From positions 200,386,001 to 200,450,000 of the forward strand of contig NC_086097.1 of the NCBI RefSeq assembly GCF_963921235.1: a DNA stretch of 64,000 nt, given 5' to 3'. The stretch is from Mobula hypostoma (taxonomy: Eukaryota). Shown in pieces: positions 12,840 to 25,089 of the stretch. Numbering within the stretch: position 1 is the first letter of the stretch; the number at the start of each line of letters is the position of its first letter. Under the pieces are notes generated by a model. It was not told the origin of the DNA. It saw only the letters and a program-made list of their open reading frames with translations, and did not search any database. Position numbers and translations under genes: made by a program.

Positions 12840-14012
12840 AGAGAACTTACATGACCAATCCATTGGAATTCTTTAAGGAAGTAACATGCAGAATATACAA
12901 AGAGAGTCATAGAAAATTGTTTACTTGGATTTTCAGAACGCCTTTGACAAGGTGCTGCTGCACACAACACTGATACACAAGAGACCATGGTATTACAAGA
13001 CAGATACTAGCATGTCTAGAAGTTTGGCTGACTGGCAGAAGGTAAAGAGTGGGAATAAAGGTAGCCTTTTCCAGTCAGCTGCTAGTGACTATTGGTGTTC
13101 CACAGTGTGCAGTGTTGTGCCCACTACTTTACACATTATATGCTAGTGATGTAGATGATGCAATTGACAGCTTTGAGGAAGCAGGGTATCTACAGACTGG
13201 CTTGGACAGGTTGAGAGAATGGGCAGAGAAGTGTTAGATAAAATATAACATGGGGGAGTGTATAGTCATGCACTTTGGTAGAAGGAATAATGGGGTAGAC
13301 CATTTTCTAAATGGGGAGAAAAATAAGAAATCAGAGGTGCAAAAGGACTCGAAAGCCCTTGTGCAGAATTCTCTAAAGTTAACTCTCACGTTGAGTCGGT
13401 GGCAAGGAAGGCAAATGAAACACTAACATTCACTTTAAAGGATAGAATTTAAAAAATCAAAGATGTAATGCTGAGTATTTATAAGGTGTTGGTTAGACCA
13501 CTTTTGGAGTATTGTGAGCAATTTTGGTTCCCATATCCAAGGAAGAATGTGTTGGCATGGGATAGGGTCCAGAGGAGGCTTATGAAAATGATCCTGGGAA
13601 TAAAAAGAAGATATGAAGAGTGTTTGGTTTAGAAGGATGATGGTGGGATCCCGTTGAAACCTACCAAATATTGAAAGGCCTGGATAGAGTGGACATGGAG
13701 AGGGTGTTTCCAGTAGTGGGAGAGTCTAGGACCTCAGAATACAAGGATGTCCCTTTAGAACAAAGATGAGAAAGAATTTCTTTAGCCAGAGGGTGGTGAA
13801 TCTGTGACATTCATTGCCACAGATGGTTGTGAAGGACAAGTTATTTGGTATATTTAAAGCAGAGGCGATAGGTTCTTGATTAGTAAGAGTGTCAAAGGTT
13901 ACAGGGAGAAGGCAAGAGAATGGGGTTGAGGGACAATAACAAGTCAGCCGTGAAGAATGATGAAGCAGATCTGATGGGCCAAATGACCTACATGTGTTCC
14001 TTGCCTTATGGT
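12840..14012 (+). mobile_element. Degenerate CR1 LINE
   Basis: LDFQNAFDKV and LDRLREWAEK remnants, NFFSQRVVNL, CR1 3' end. Confidence 0.8.
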
Positions 14013-14639
14013 TTTTGATTTACACAATTACGTGCAGATGGAAGATGCCTGCTTTTCATATTTAGTGTTAGAAAGGTATGTTAGTTCTTTCTTGAAAATC
14101 AATTCACAGGTTAATAGATCACAAATCACTACTAGCGCATAATGGCTACGGTATGAAGGGTCTCGGCCCAAAACGTCGACTGTTTGCTCTTTTTCATAGA
14201 GGCTGCCTGGCCTGCTGAGTTCCTACAGCATTTTGTATGTGTTGCTATGGCTACAGTATGCATCACTGACAAAAATCAATATTGTTATCTAGGAAGCCTG
14301 AGAACCATATCACCAAAAAGGCCAAGGGAAATAGATACATGACAATGCCCCCAGCTACAGAGTTTCCTCCATTTCATACAACATCCTAACTTTGAATTAT
14401 ACTGCTATTATCCATTGTCATTGGGACTAAATCTTTGAAATCCACATCCAATAGCATTGTGAGGGAATCTTCAGCAGGAAAACAAAGCAGTTTGTTAAGG
14501 CAGCTCTCTATCACCTCATGAGTGTGCTAATGAACACACACTTTAAAGTTGTTGGTGTCTGAAAATTGCACCAATAAAAAAATTAGAGCATTAAATTCTG
14601 TGGAAATGAGTAGTCACACCATCAGTGAAGGGCCATAGT

Positions 14640-15222
14640 CATAGAATATAAAAGCAAGGATATAATGTTGAGATTTTATAATGGCGAGCCCTCACTTGGA
14701 ATATTGTGTGCAGTTCTGGGCCTCTTATCTAAGAAAGGATGTGCTGAAACCAGAGAGGGTTCAAAAGAGGTTCAAGAAAATGATTCCAGGATTAAATGGC
14801 TTGTCATATGAAAAGTGTTTGATGCCTCTGGGCCTATATTCACTGGAATTTAGAAGAATGAGGGGTGGCCTCATTGAAACCTTATTGAATGGTGAAATGC
14901 CTTGATAGAACGGAGGTGGAGAAGGTGTTTCCTATAGTGCTTGTGTCCAAGACCAGAGGTCGCAATTTCAAAATAAAGGGACATCCTTTTAGAGCAGAGA
15001 TGAGGAAGAGTTTCTTTAGCCAGAGAGTAGTGAATCTGTGGAATTTGTTGCCACAAGCAGCTGTGGAGGCCAAGTCCACAGTGTAATTAAGACAGAGGTT
15101 GACAGGTTCTTGATTGGTCAGGGGATGAAGGGATACGGGTTGGTTGGGGGGCGGTGGAGGCAGGAGTTTAGGCAGACTCGATGGGCCAAATAGCCTAATT
15201 CTTCTCCTATACATTATGGTCT
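14640..15222 (+). mobile_element. CR1 3' fragment
   Basis: PHLEYCVQFW, FFSQRVVNLWN and CR1 tail. Confidence 0.85.
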
Positions 15223-15226
15223 AAGT

Positions 15227-15457
15227 CAGAGGTCCCTAACCTCCGGGCCGCGGACCGATACATTGCTGCAAAGAATGCAGGGGTGCAGCAGTAGCCCGAA
15301 CGCACACAGCACATCTTTAAGAAAAAAGCCAAAATAAACAAGCTAATTAATTAGGTGCTGCCCGGCACGTAAATGTCAGCCTACATCAGAGGCGATTGCA
15401 CTGCTGCATTCTTCGCGGCAATGTATCAGCCCGCGGCCCAGAGGTTGGGGACCACTG
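15227..15457. mobile_element. hAT/Charlie-type MITE
   Basis: About 54-bp imperfect TIRs: cagaggtccctaacctccgggccgcgg... and ...ccgcggcccagaggttggggaccactg. Degraded TSD gtctaagt / gtaagt. Confidence 0.8.
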
Positions 15458-15859
15458 GTAAGTACATTCCATGCTGGCAAAAACTCCTATGGGCTTAATT
15501 TCCAGCCACTTAGAATAACTGTCAGGAAGGACAAGCAAATGGTTGTTAAATATCTGCAGCTGAGCACCAAAGGGAATGGCTAAGTTATATATGAAGTATG
15601 TTGGACAGGAGCAATGAAGGCAACTGTTTGCTATTTGATAGATTGGCCAGGTTTGGTTTGAGATCTGGAGGAGCAGGTGAATGTAATATGTAAGGAGAAC
15701 GCAATATCAGCAGTGAGATCAACACCAGTAAAACCCCCACTAAAAATAAACACTTTCAAGAGTGGTGACAGAGTTTTGTGAAAAATCAGGAGCATTTCCA
15801 AGCCCTTATGATAGTTTAGAATTCTAAACAATTAGAAATAAATCCATGTGAACTTCTGC

Positions 15860-16030
15860 CATCATAATGTGTCCAATTTATACGAGTCACGATCTGCCAA
15901 GGAAATAGTTTCTCACAATGGACCACTATTTCCCTTGAGACAGTTTAATGATTTTGTGAGGAACAATGGACATTCCTCTGTGACAGCTGTCACGCAGGAT
16001 CTAACAAAGCAGCCGAATACTCTGTCAAAA
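15860..16030 (+). mobile_element. Highly decayed LTR-retrotransposon (Gypsy-like) integrase remnant
   Basis: EIVSHNGPLFPLRQFNDFVRNNG resembles the integrase core motif IVSDNGPQF...F...NGI. Confidence 0.45.
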
Positions 16031-17614
16031 TAGTCAAAGACTCAGTAAAGTTGCCAATACCACAAGGATTTTTATTCTTCAACATGAAACACCACGAGAC
16101 TGTAACATAGTACACACACCAACAAAACTTCTCATGAAAAGGTGATTATGAGTAAAGTTCTATCCAAAACTTACTAACAGAACACAACAGAAAGATTGTG
16201 AGAAACATTAGTTCAAGTCAACATACCAAGGCAGGTTTCAGATCAATGATCATACCAAAGTTCTGAAACTTTCTAAAAAAAATAGATGCTGACAAGCACA
16301 AAGATATTGCTATTTGTGGTTCTAAATGATGTCTTGTTCAGACTACTGGCAGTATGGAACATGCATGTGAGGGATGTACAGGAGCAAAGTATAGTCTCAT
16401 TCAGATGATGAGTAAGTTCCTGTAACAGTGTTGCCAACACCACCACTATGAGAGTGCTCAACCATAACATCAGTAGTGACAACAGCAAAGTTGATATTAA
16501 GGTTAATACTGGCACATCTCCAGCAACACCTATTCAAAGAAGAGAAGATAGTGTCTCCAGAACCTGAGACCACTCATCATCATCCTTTAGGGGTAAAACC
16601 ATTTATCTTGAAAGCAAAGATGGAAAAAAAAGGCAAGACCAGTAAGAAAATCTATCAGAGTTTGTAAACCTGGAAGCCTGAATCTACTGTTCACTCATTA
16701 ATTGTACGTTGTCTGAATTGTCCATTTTGAATGAGATATGTTCATAATATATATTCCCCTGTGGATTCCTCTTTTCTCGAGAAGGAACATGCAAAGAGCA
16801 TAGTCACCGAGAGCTCTTGAGATGAGTCTGGTTTATTCAAAGTTCTTGTGGGAACACACACTTGCTTATAACAATACATGCATGGTCAAATACATCATGC
16901 AGTGACTTCACAGCTTTTTATGTACAGTGCAAAGCCTAGCCCCTTTAAAAGAATGGCAAGTGGGAAACTACTTTAACAGTATTTACAAATTTAAGACTAT
17001 AAGATAGGAGCAGAATTAAGCCATTCGGTCCACTGAGTATGCTCAGCATTTATCAGTCTCATTCTCTTACCTTCTCCCCATAATCTTCGCACCTTTACTA
17101 ATCAAAAACCTCTCAATTCCCACTTTAAAATATACCCATTAACATTGGTTAGCCTCCATAGCCAGTGACAATGAATTCCATGAACTCACCACTCTCTGGC
17201 TAAATAAATTATTCCACATCTCTGTACTGAAGGGATGTACTTCTACTCAGAGGCTGTGCCCTCTGGTGCTAGGCTCTCCCATCAATGGCAATATTCTCTC
17301 CATGTCCACTCTATCCAGGCCTTTCAATATTCAGTAGGTTAAATGAGAGTCTTCCATCATCCCTCTGAACTCAAGTACAGGCCCAGATCCATCAAATGCT
17401 CTTATGTTAACACTTTGATCTCTGGGATCATTCTTGTAAACCTCTTCTGGTCCCTCTCCAATGCCAGCATGTCATTCCTTAAATAAATGGACACAAATCT
17501 GCACAATCTACTCCAATTGTCATCTGAACAAGCCCCATAAAGTCACAGAACTATATCCCTGTTTTAGCATTCTAGTCCTCTCTAAAAAAAATGCTAACAT
17601 TGCATTTGCCTTCC

Positions 17615-18683
17615 CCATCTCCCCCATTTCACGTACCTCTGCTCTCACTCCATCCTCCCGCCACCCCACTAGGAATAGGGTTCCCCTGGTCCTCACCTAC
17701 CACCCCACCAGCCTCCGGGTCCAACATATTATTCTCCGTAACTTCCGCCACCTCCAACGGGATCCCACCACTAAGCACATCTTTCCCTCCCCCCACCCGC
17801 ATTCCGCAGGGATCGCTCCCTACGCAACTCCCTTGTCCATTCGTCCCCCCCATCCCTCCCCACTGATCTCCCTCCTGGCACTTATCCGTGTAAGCGGAAC
17901 AAGTCCTACTCATGCCCTTACACTTCCTCCCTTACCACCATTCAGGGCCCCAAACAGTCCTTCAAGGTGAGGCAACACTTCACCTGTGAGTCGGCTGGGG
18001 TGATATACTGCATCCGGTGCTCCCGATGTGGCCTTTTATATATTGGCGAGACCCGACGCAGACTGCAGGACCGCTTTGCTGAACATCTACGCTCTGTCCG
18101 CCAGAGAAAGCAGGATCTCCCAGTGGCCACACATTTTAATTCCACATCCCATTCCCATTCTGACATGTCTATCCACGGCCTCCTCTACTGTAAAGATGAA
18201 GCCACACTCAGGTTGGAGGAACAACACCTTATATTCCGTCTGGGTAGCCTCCAATCTGATGGCGTGAACATCGACTTCTCTAACTTCTGCTAATGCCCCA
18301 CCTCCCCCTCGTACCCCATCTGTTACTTATTTTTATACACATATTCTTTCTCTCACTCTCCTTTTTCTTCCTCTGTCCCTCTGAATATACCCCTTGCCCA
18401 TCCTCTGGGTCCCCCCCCCCCGTCTTTCTTGCCGGACCTCCTGTCCCATGATCCTCTCGTATCCCCTTTTGCCAATCACCTGTCCAGCTCTTGGCTCCAT
18501 CCCTCCCCCTCCTGTCTTCTCCTATCATTTTGGATCTCCCCCTCCCCCTCCAACTTTCAAATCCCTTACTCACTCTTCCTTCAGTGAGTCTTGACGAAGG
18601 GTCTCGGCCTGAAACGTCAACTGCACCTCTTCCTAGAGATGCTGCCTGGCCTGCTGCGTTCACCAGCAACTTTGATGTGTGTT
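17615..18683 (+). mobile_element. Penelope-like element 3' part (GIY-YIG endonuclease + terminal region)
   Basis: GVIYCIRCSRCGLLYIGETRRRL...EH; 11-bp TSD atttgccttcc at 17604-17614 and 18684-18694. Confidence 0.9.
18586..18623 (+). ncRNA. Minimal hammerhead ribozyme motif (Penelope-associated), core partly mutated
   Basis: gagtc-TTGACGA-agggtctcggcct-GAAAC-GTC-aactg versus the hammerhead core CUGANGA...GAAA...NUH. Homologues at 5174-5211(-), 38316-38353(+) and 59190-59227(-). Confidence 0.65.
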
Positions 18684-19282
18684 ATTTGCCTTCCTTACTA
18701 CCAGCTAGGAGGAATTTCTTGAGCCAGTGGGAGTGAATCTGTGGAATTCATTGCCAGTAATAGCTGTGGAGGCTAAGTCATTGGGTATACTTAAAGTAGA
18801 GATTGATACTATTGGTGCTTGATTGGTAAGGATGCCAAAATTAATGGAGAGAAAGCAGGAGAATAGGATTGAGAGGGATGATAAACCAGCCATGAAGGAA
18901 TGTCAGAACAGACTCACTGGTCCAAATGGCTTAATTCTGCTCTTATGGTCTCGCCCTTCAATGTTAACCTTCACAGAAACATGCACTTAGACTCCCAAGT
19001 CCCTTTGCACTGCTGATTTCTAAATTCTCTCCTTGCTTAGAATATAGTCTATGCCTTTATTCCTTCTACCAAAGTGTGTTGCCATACACCTCCCTATGCT
19101 GTATTCCATCTGCCGTTTCTTTTCCCAATCTGTCCAACCCCTACTTCAGACTCTCTACTTCCTCAACACTCCCTGCCCCTCCACTTATCTTTGCATCATC
19201 CACAAACTTGGTCACAAAGACATCAATTCTGTCACCCAGGTCACGAACATATAATGCATAAGGTAGTGGACCCTACACCAGC

Positions 19283-19602
19283 CGTTGTGTATTTAATATT
19301 TCAGTATTACTTGAGTAATATTATAAGAATATTGCTTAATTAAGCACTCTTCTTTGTTTACATAATTCACTACAGGTTATATGTAAAGCTAAGTGAATTG
19401 CACACATGATGTTACCACATCATATATGTGCACCTCACATAAAGTAAAAATGGAACTAAGATATATAATCATATAACAATTACAGCACGAAAACAGGCCA
19501 TCTCGGCCCTTCTAGTCTGTGCCAAACACGTTATTATGTTATTCCTAGCTGTGTGTTGTTGCTTTCAATAAGTTTAATGTTTTGGAATTACAAAATATAA
19601 CA
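19283..19602. mobile_element. Solo LTR
   Basis: Termini (c/t)gttgtgt...atataaca; near-perfect 5-bp TSD ccagc/ccatc; interrupts the CR1. Contains a small CR1-tail insert at about 19468-19530. Confidence 0.6.
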
Positions 19603-19892
19603 CCATCTTCCTCAGAATACCAATACTCACCAGCAACTAAGTAGAAAAGGCCCTCTTTATTCCCACTCTTTGCCTTCTGCCAGTCAGACACCCCTAACCA
19701 TGATGCTTCCTTTCTTGTACTACATGGGATCTTATATTGTTTAGCAGCCTTGTATAGAGCACTTCATCAAAGGCCTTCTGAAAATCCAAGTAAACATCTA
19801 CTGACTCTTCTTTGTCAATCCTGCCAGCTATTTCCTCAAAGAATTCCAACAGATCTTTCAGACAAGATCTTTCCGTAAGGAAACCATACTGA

Positions 19893-20440
19893 CATAGAAC
19901 ATAGAAATTTACAGCATATTTCAGGCCCTTCAGCCCACAATGTTGTACCGACCTTGTAACCTACTCTAGAGACTGCCTAGAATTTCCGTAGTGCATGGCC
20001 CTCTATTTTTCTAAGCTCCATGTACCCATCTAAGAGGGTCTTAAAAGACACTATTGTATCCGCTTCCACCACCACTACTGGCAGTGCATTCCATGCACCC
20101 ACCACTCTCTGTGTGAAAAACTTGTCCCTGACATCCCCTCAGTATTCATTTCCAAGCACCTTAAAACTATGCCTCCTCGTGTTACCCATTTCAGCCCTGG
20201 AGAAAAAGCCTCTGGCTATCCACACGATCAATGCCCCTCATCGCCTTATATACCTCTATAGGGTTACCTCCTATCCTCCGTCCCTCCAAGGAAAAAAGGC
20301 CAAGTACACTCAATCTGCTCTCATAAGGTATGCCTTCCAATCCAGGCAATATCCTTGTAAATCCCCTCTGCACTCTCTCTTAGTATCCACATCCCTCCGG
20401 TAGTGAGGTGACCAGAACTGAACACAGTACTCCAAGTGAG
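19893..20440 (-). mobile_element. CR1 3' fragment nested in the older CR1
   Basis: QRGFTRILPGL...IEVYKAMRGIDRVDSQRLF, with a tail at the left end. Confidence 0.85.
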
Positions 20441-20911
20441 GTATACAGCTGTAAATCTGACTTCAGCCTATTTTATCGTGTGCCTTCAAGTATCCCAAAA
20501 CCTGATCCTTAGTACTAGATTCTAAAATCTTACAGATCACTGAAGTCAGCCTAACCAGCCTATAATTTCTTGTCCTTTGAATAACTTCTGATTCTAGTGA
20601 TTCTTGAAAGATCATTACTAATGCCCCCACAAGCTCTTTAGTGACTTCTTTCAGAACCCTAAGGTGTAGTCCATCCATTACAGGTGATCATTCCACATTC
20701 AGGCCTTTCAGCTTCCCACACACCTTCCCCTTAGTAACTTTCTTCTTCCCCTCACTCTCTCAAATTGATGCCATTTTGTAGGTGTCTTGCATGGCGATGA
20801 ATGATGCAAAATATTTATTTAGTCCCTCTGCCAATTCTTTGCTCTCCATTACTACACATCCAGCATTATTTTCCAGTGGTCAAATGTCCACTCTTGCCTC
20901 CCTTTTATTGA

Positions 20912-21205
20912 TTTATTTATTATTCTTATTTAGAGCTACAGTGCTGAGAAGCCCCTTCCGACCTAACGAACCCCACCACCCAGCAACCCACCTACTTAAC
21001 CCTAGCCTAATCACAGAACAACTTACAATCACCAATTAAACTACTAACTGGTATGTCTTTGGACTGTGGGAAGAAACAGGAGTACCCAGAGAAAATCCAG
21101 GTGTTCATGGAGAGGAACATACAAACTTCTTATAGACAGCATCAGAATTGAACTCTGAATTCTGATGCTCTGAGCTGTAATAGCATTGTGCTAACCGTTA
21201 TGGTG
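20912..21205 (-). mobile_element. tRNA-derived V-domain SINE (HE1-like)
   Basis: Minus strand has a tRNA-like head (ggttagcaca...gagttcaattc) and the V-SINE core (ttttctctgggtactcctgtttcttcccacagtccaaagac). Related decayed copies at about 1505-1630, 27700-28010 and 36060-36260. Confidence 0.7.
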
Positions 21206-24200
21206 CACTTTATTTCTCTCTATATCTTTTGATATCCTCTTTTATATTAATAGCTAGCTTACCTTCAAATTACATATCTTCTCCTTTTATTGGGTTTTTA
21301 GTTGCCTTCTTTGCTTTTTAGAATCCCTTAGATTTAGTTGATTTTCCGAAGCCTCTGGCTTCCTGCTAATTTTTGCAATGTTGTATGCATTCTCGTCTGC
21401 TTTATGCTGTCTTTGACTTCCCATGTCAACCACAGCTGCCTCATCCTCCCTTTTAGCATGCTTCTTCTTATTTGGGATAAAATGATCATGCATCTTCAAA
21501 ATTGCTCCGAGACACTCCAGCCATTGCTGCTCTACCGTCATCCCTGCTGGATTCTCCTTCTAATCAACTTTGCTCAGCTCCTCTCTCATGCCTCTGTAGT
21601 TACCTTTACTCAACTATAAACCAGTTTTAGCAGCTCCCTCTCCAATTACAGGATGAATTCTATCACATTATGATCACTATCGCTTAAGGTTCCTTTACCT
21701 TAGGCTACCTAATCAAATCCGGTTCATTGCACAACACCAATTCCAGAATTGCCTTTTCACTAGGACTTGACTTGACAATAAGCTGCTTTGAAAAGCAATC
21801 TTGTAGGCATTTTACGAATTCCTTCTGTTTGGATCCTGTCCCATTCTACCTGCATATCTAAGTTCACCCATCATCTCCATAACACTGTCTTTCTCACATG
21901 GCTTTACTATCTCCTGCGTAATTTGTAATCCAGCATCCTGGCTACTATTTGGTGGTCTGTATATAGCCCTTATCAGGATTTATGTTTTCACACTTGCAGT
22001 TTCTTATCTATACCCGAAGGCTTATATATCTTCTGATCCCTTATCATTTCTTGCTAAGAATTTGATTTTTTTATTTAAGCCAAGAAACCTCTCCAACTTC
22101 TGTGCGCACCTGCCTGTTTTTTTCAATAGAATGTGCATCCTTGGATGTTTATCTCCCAACTGTGATCATCTTTCAGACACGACTCTGTGGTGTCCACAAC
22201 GTCATATCTGCTACTTTCTAACTGCAATATTATATCATCCACTTTGTTTCCTATACTAATTAAAATATAACGCCTTCAGTCCTGTATTCACCATCCCTCT
22301 CCTCAAATTTGTCTCCATCTTTCCTTAAGTTAAATTGTATTTTAAACTTTGTCCTTTTTTTTTAATTCTGGAGACTTTCAGTAACATCTCTTACACTGTC
22401 CTTTCTTTTTACATGTCAAACCTGTTGACCCCACCCCATACAATTTAGTTTAAACCCTATCCTCTACCCTAATTATGTAATTTGCCAAGACCCTAGTTCA
22501 AGTGGAGAAGGCTAACTAATGGTATGATTGAACTTTAATATCTTAAAGGGAACTGAAAATTTTTTCTCCAATCATGATTTCTCCATTTGTTGGCCCCTAG
22601 TCTCAGACTTAAATCCATTTGTTTCGGGTGTGACCTAGCTAACAGATGCATGTGAGAAGTATCACAGAGATTTGAAATACTCTGCTGTGGTTACAAGCAA
22701 TGATAATTATTAATTCATTTGAAATCTGTGATTACAAGATTTTAGTAAGCAGGCCAGTACAAGTCCAAACCATAGGAGTGCTGCAATTTTTTTTTAACAG
22801 CATGGAATTTAGGAGCATATCAAGAATAGCACATGACTAAAATGAAGATGTATCCCAGTAGTCAACATGAAAAAGAGCAGTAGCTAAAATAATACATACA
22901 ACAGCATATAATGAGATTGTCACAATATTATAATAACTGGAAGCCATGAGTTTCCCTTCCCATTTACTAATCTATAATAACACAGAAGGTAGTCATCTAA
23001 CCTTTCAAAGCCACGCCAGCTCCGAGCAGATCAACACCATCAGTTCCAGTTCCCCTGCCCTTATCTTTCTTCATTGCAAGTTACACAGACCCACAAAAAA
23101 GTTAATTAATAGTTAAGCACAGTCAGTTTCAGTTGAGGAGTTAGCATGTGTACAGCAGAGGTAAATGACCCATGATGCAATTATTTTATTATTCTGCATG
23201 TTTATGCACACCGCAGATAATTAATGTACTGGGGCATGGTGAACTCACATTGGGCTGTGCTCAATGGAAGTGATAAAGAGACATCAAAATCGTATACATA
23301 AGCCATCAATGAAGCATGGAGTAAGGGGGAGATTTGTAATGGCACAGAGAGCACTTACCATCAGCCCACATAGAATAAAACTACAAAGAACATAGATGAT
23401 ACAGGTCTAGAATCTGCAGAATCTTAGGTATTACATTGTTCTAAACTGGAACCAACAAAATTAGTCATGGGAATTCTAATATCCCCCAAATAACATTAAG
23501 AAGATAAAAGATTGGGAAACTAAAGCAGGTTGAAGCCACATAGAACTTAGTGTGATAGCAAGGAATGAAACAGATCAGTGAATAAAAATGCAATTGCTTT
23601 GTAAATGGAACCAACATCTGTACTGCAGTGTGCAGAGATGAAGCGCTGACTCCTTAAGTTTCAATGTAGGTATGTTGGGCTTTCATCACTGTGCTGATAG
23701 TTATCTATTTCAAGAAGTCAATTTATTACGTGTAGATACGAGCAGCCTCCAAGTCAGAAACACCTATGCAGGAAACCCCAAGTTATAGCCATTCAGGTAA
23801 CAGAAAATTACCTTTAGAGAATTCACAAATCACTACCTAAAAAAAAATGGAAATCAGGAATAATATTTGCTCTCATAGAACGTGAAAAAAGCTAAATAAA
23901 TAAACACAAAACAAAATTAATTGCTTCAACTCATGGTTGTTGAGGCAAGCACAGATAGCAAACACAGCCTTGTGTCATGGAAAATCATGATATGGGTAAT
24001 ATTGTAGGAATGTATTCCTGCCCCACCCTTCCACCTCTCCTCAATCCCTGCAGCACAGGAGTTGCCTGGACAAGGAAATGGAATGAACAGCACATAAACA
24101 AGTGAAAGTTCCATTGGCAAGATTCTGACAGGGACAAAGTTTTGTTGGATCAGATGGTCCACCCATGTGAATTAATTGGGTAGCTCACCTTCTGACACCC

Positions 24201-25089
24201 CAGAGCCTATCCACCATCTACAAAGCATAATTTTCCTTTGTGACAGAATATTCTCCATTTGCCCTGATGAAAATATTTCTAACAATGCTCACTCAGCCCC
24301 TCAGCACTTCTCAAACCAGCATGAACAACAGGAGCAGCAAGCACATAGGAACTTGTATTCCTTCAATATCCAATCCCCCTCTGCCCAATACTCCTGTACT
24401 CATTCACCATCCTAACTTGAAAATATATTGCTGGTCCTTCATCATTGCTGGCTCAAAATCCTGGAATTCTCCCCCTCATTTGAAATGCAATTACAAATAT
24501 GATATGAGAAATACAGCAGCCAATTTGCAAAACAAGCTTTACTCATTTGAAGATAGCACCAAAAGGCCCCTGCATAAGTAAGTCAATTGGAATCTAAGGG
24601 AGAAATCCCTCCAGCAACTCTGATAACAGCTGACACTAAGAAGGATGATTGTTTCTTCTCCAGAGGATGATTATCACAACTCCAGCGCATCTCTACACAG
24701 CGCATCTCTACAATTTATACACATCAATTGTCCTGAATGCCTGGAGTACAGCACATCACATTAGCACACTGCCAACAGATCAGGACAGCTTAACCAAGAG
24801 TTCACATCACAGGCAGGCATCCCCAATACACTTGTGGCAGGAAAATCTCAGCCGTGTTCTGTACAAGCTGTGTGTAGATGCACTCTGTAAGCATCTACCA
24901 GTCCCTGAATATGCATTCAAAATGCTTTATTTGACCTCCTAAAATGCTTGTAAGGTAATACGTTCCAAGTCAATTAGTAAAGGTAGGAAGAAATCCAATG
25001 AGTGATAGGACCTTTGAAAGTACTAAGGAACATTGGTGTACAAGTGCAAAGATCCCTGAAATTAGCGACAATGATATTTAATATAGTCA

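Larger units (their letters stand above)
16995..22400 (-). mobile_element. Long degenerate CR1 LINE fragmented by several later insertions
   Basis: Collinear CR1 endonuclease/RT/3' segments on the minus strand (e.g. DGLHLRVLKEV...NYRLVRLTSVICKILES; TVEQQWLECLG). Confidence 0.8.

Noticed and set aside
21120..21205. tRNA gene
   Set aside because: Degenerate tRNA-derived head of a V-SINE with no intact cloverleaf.
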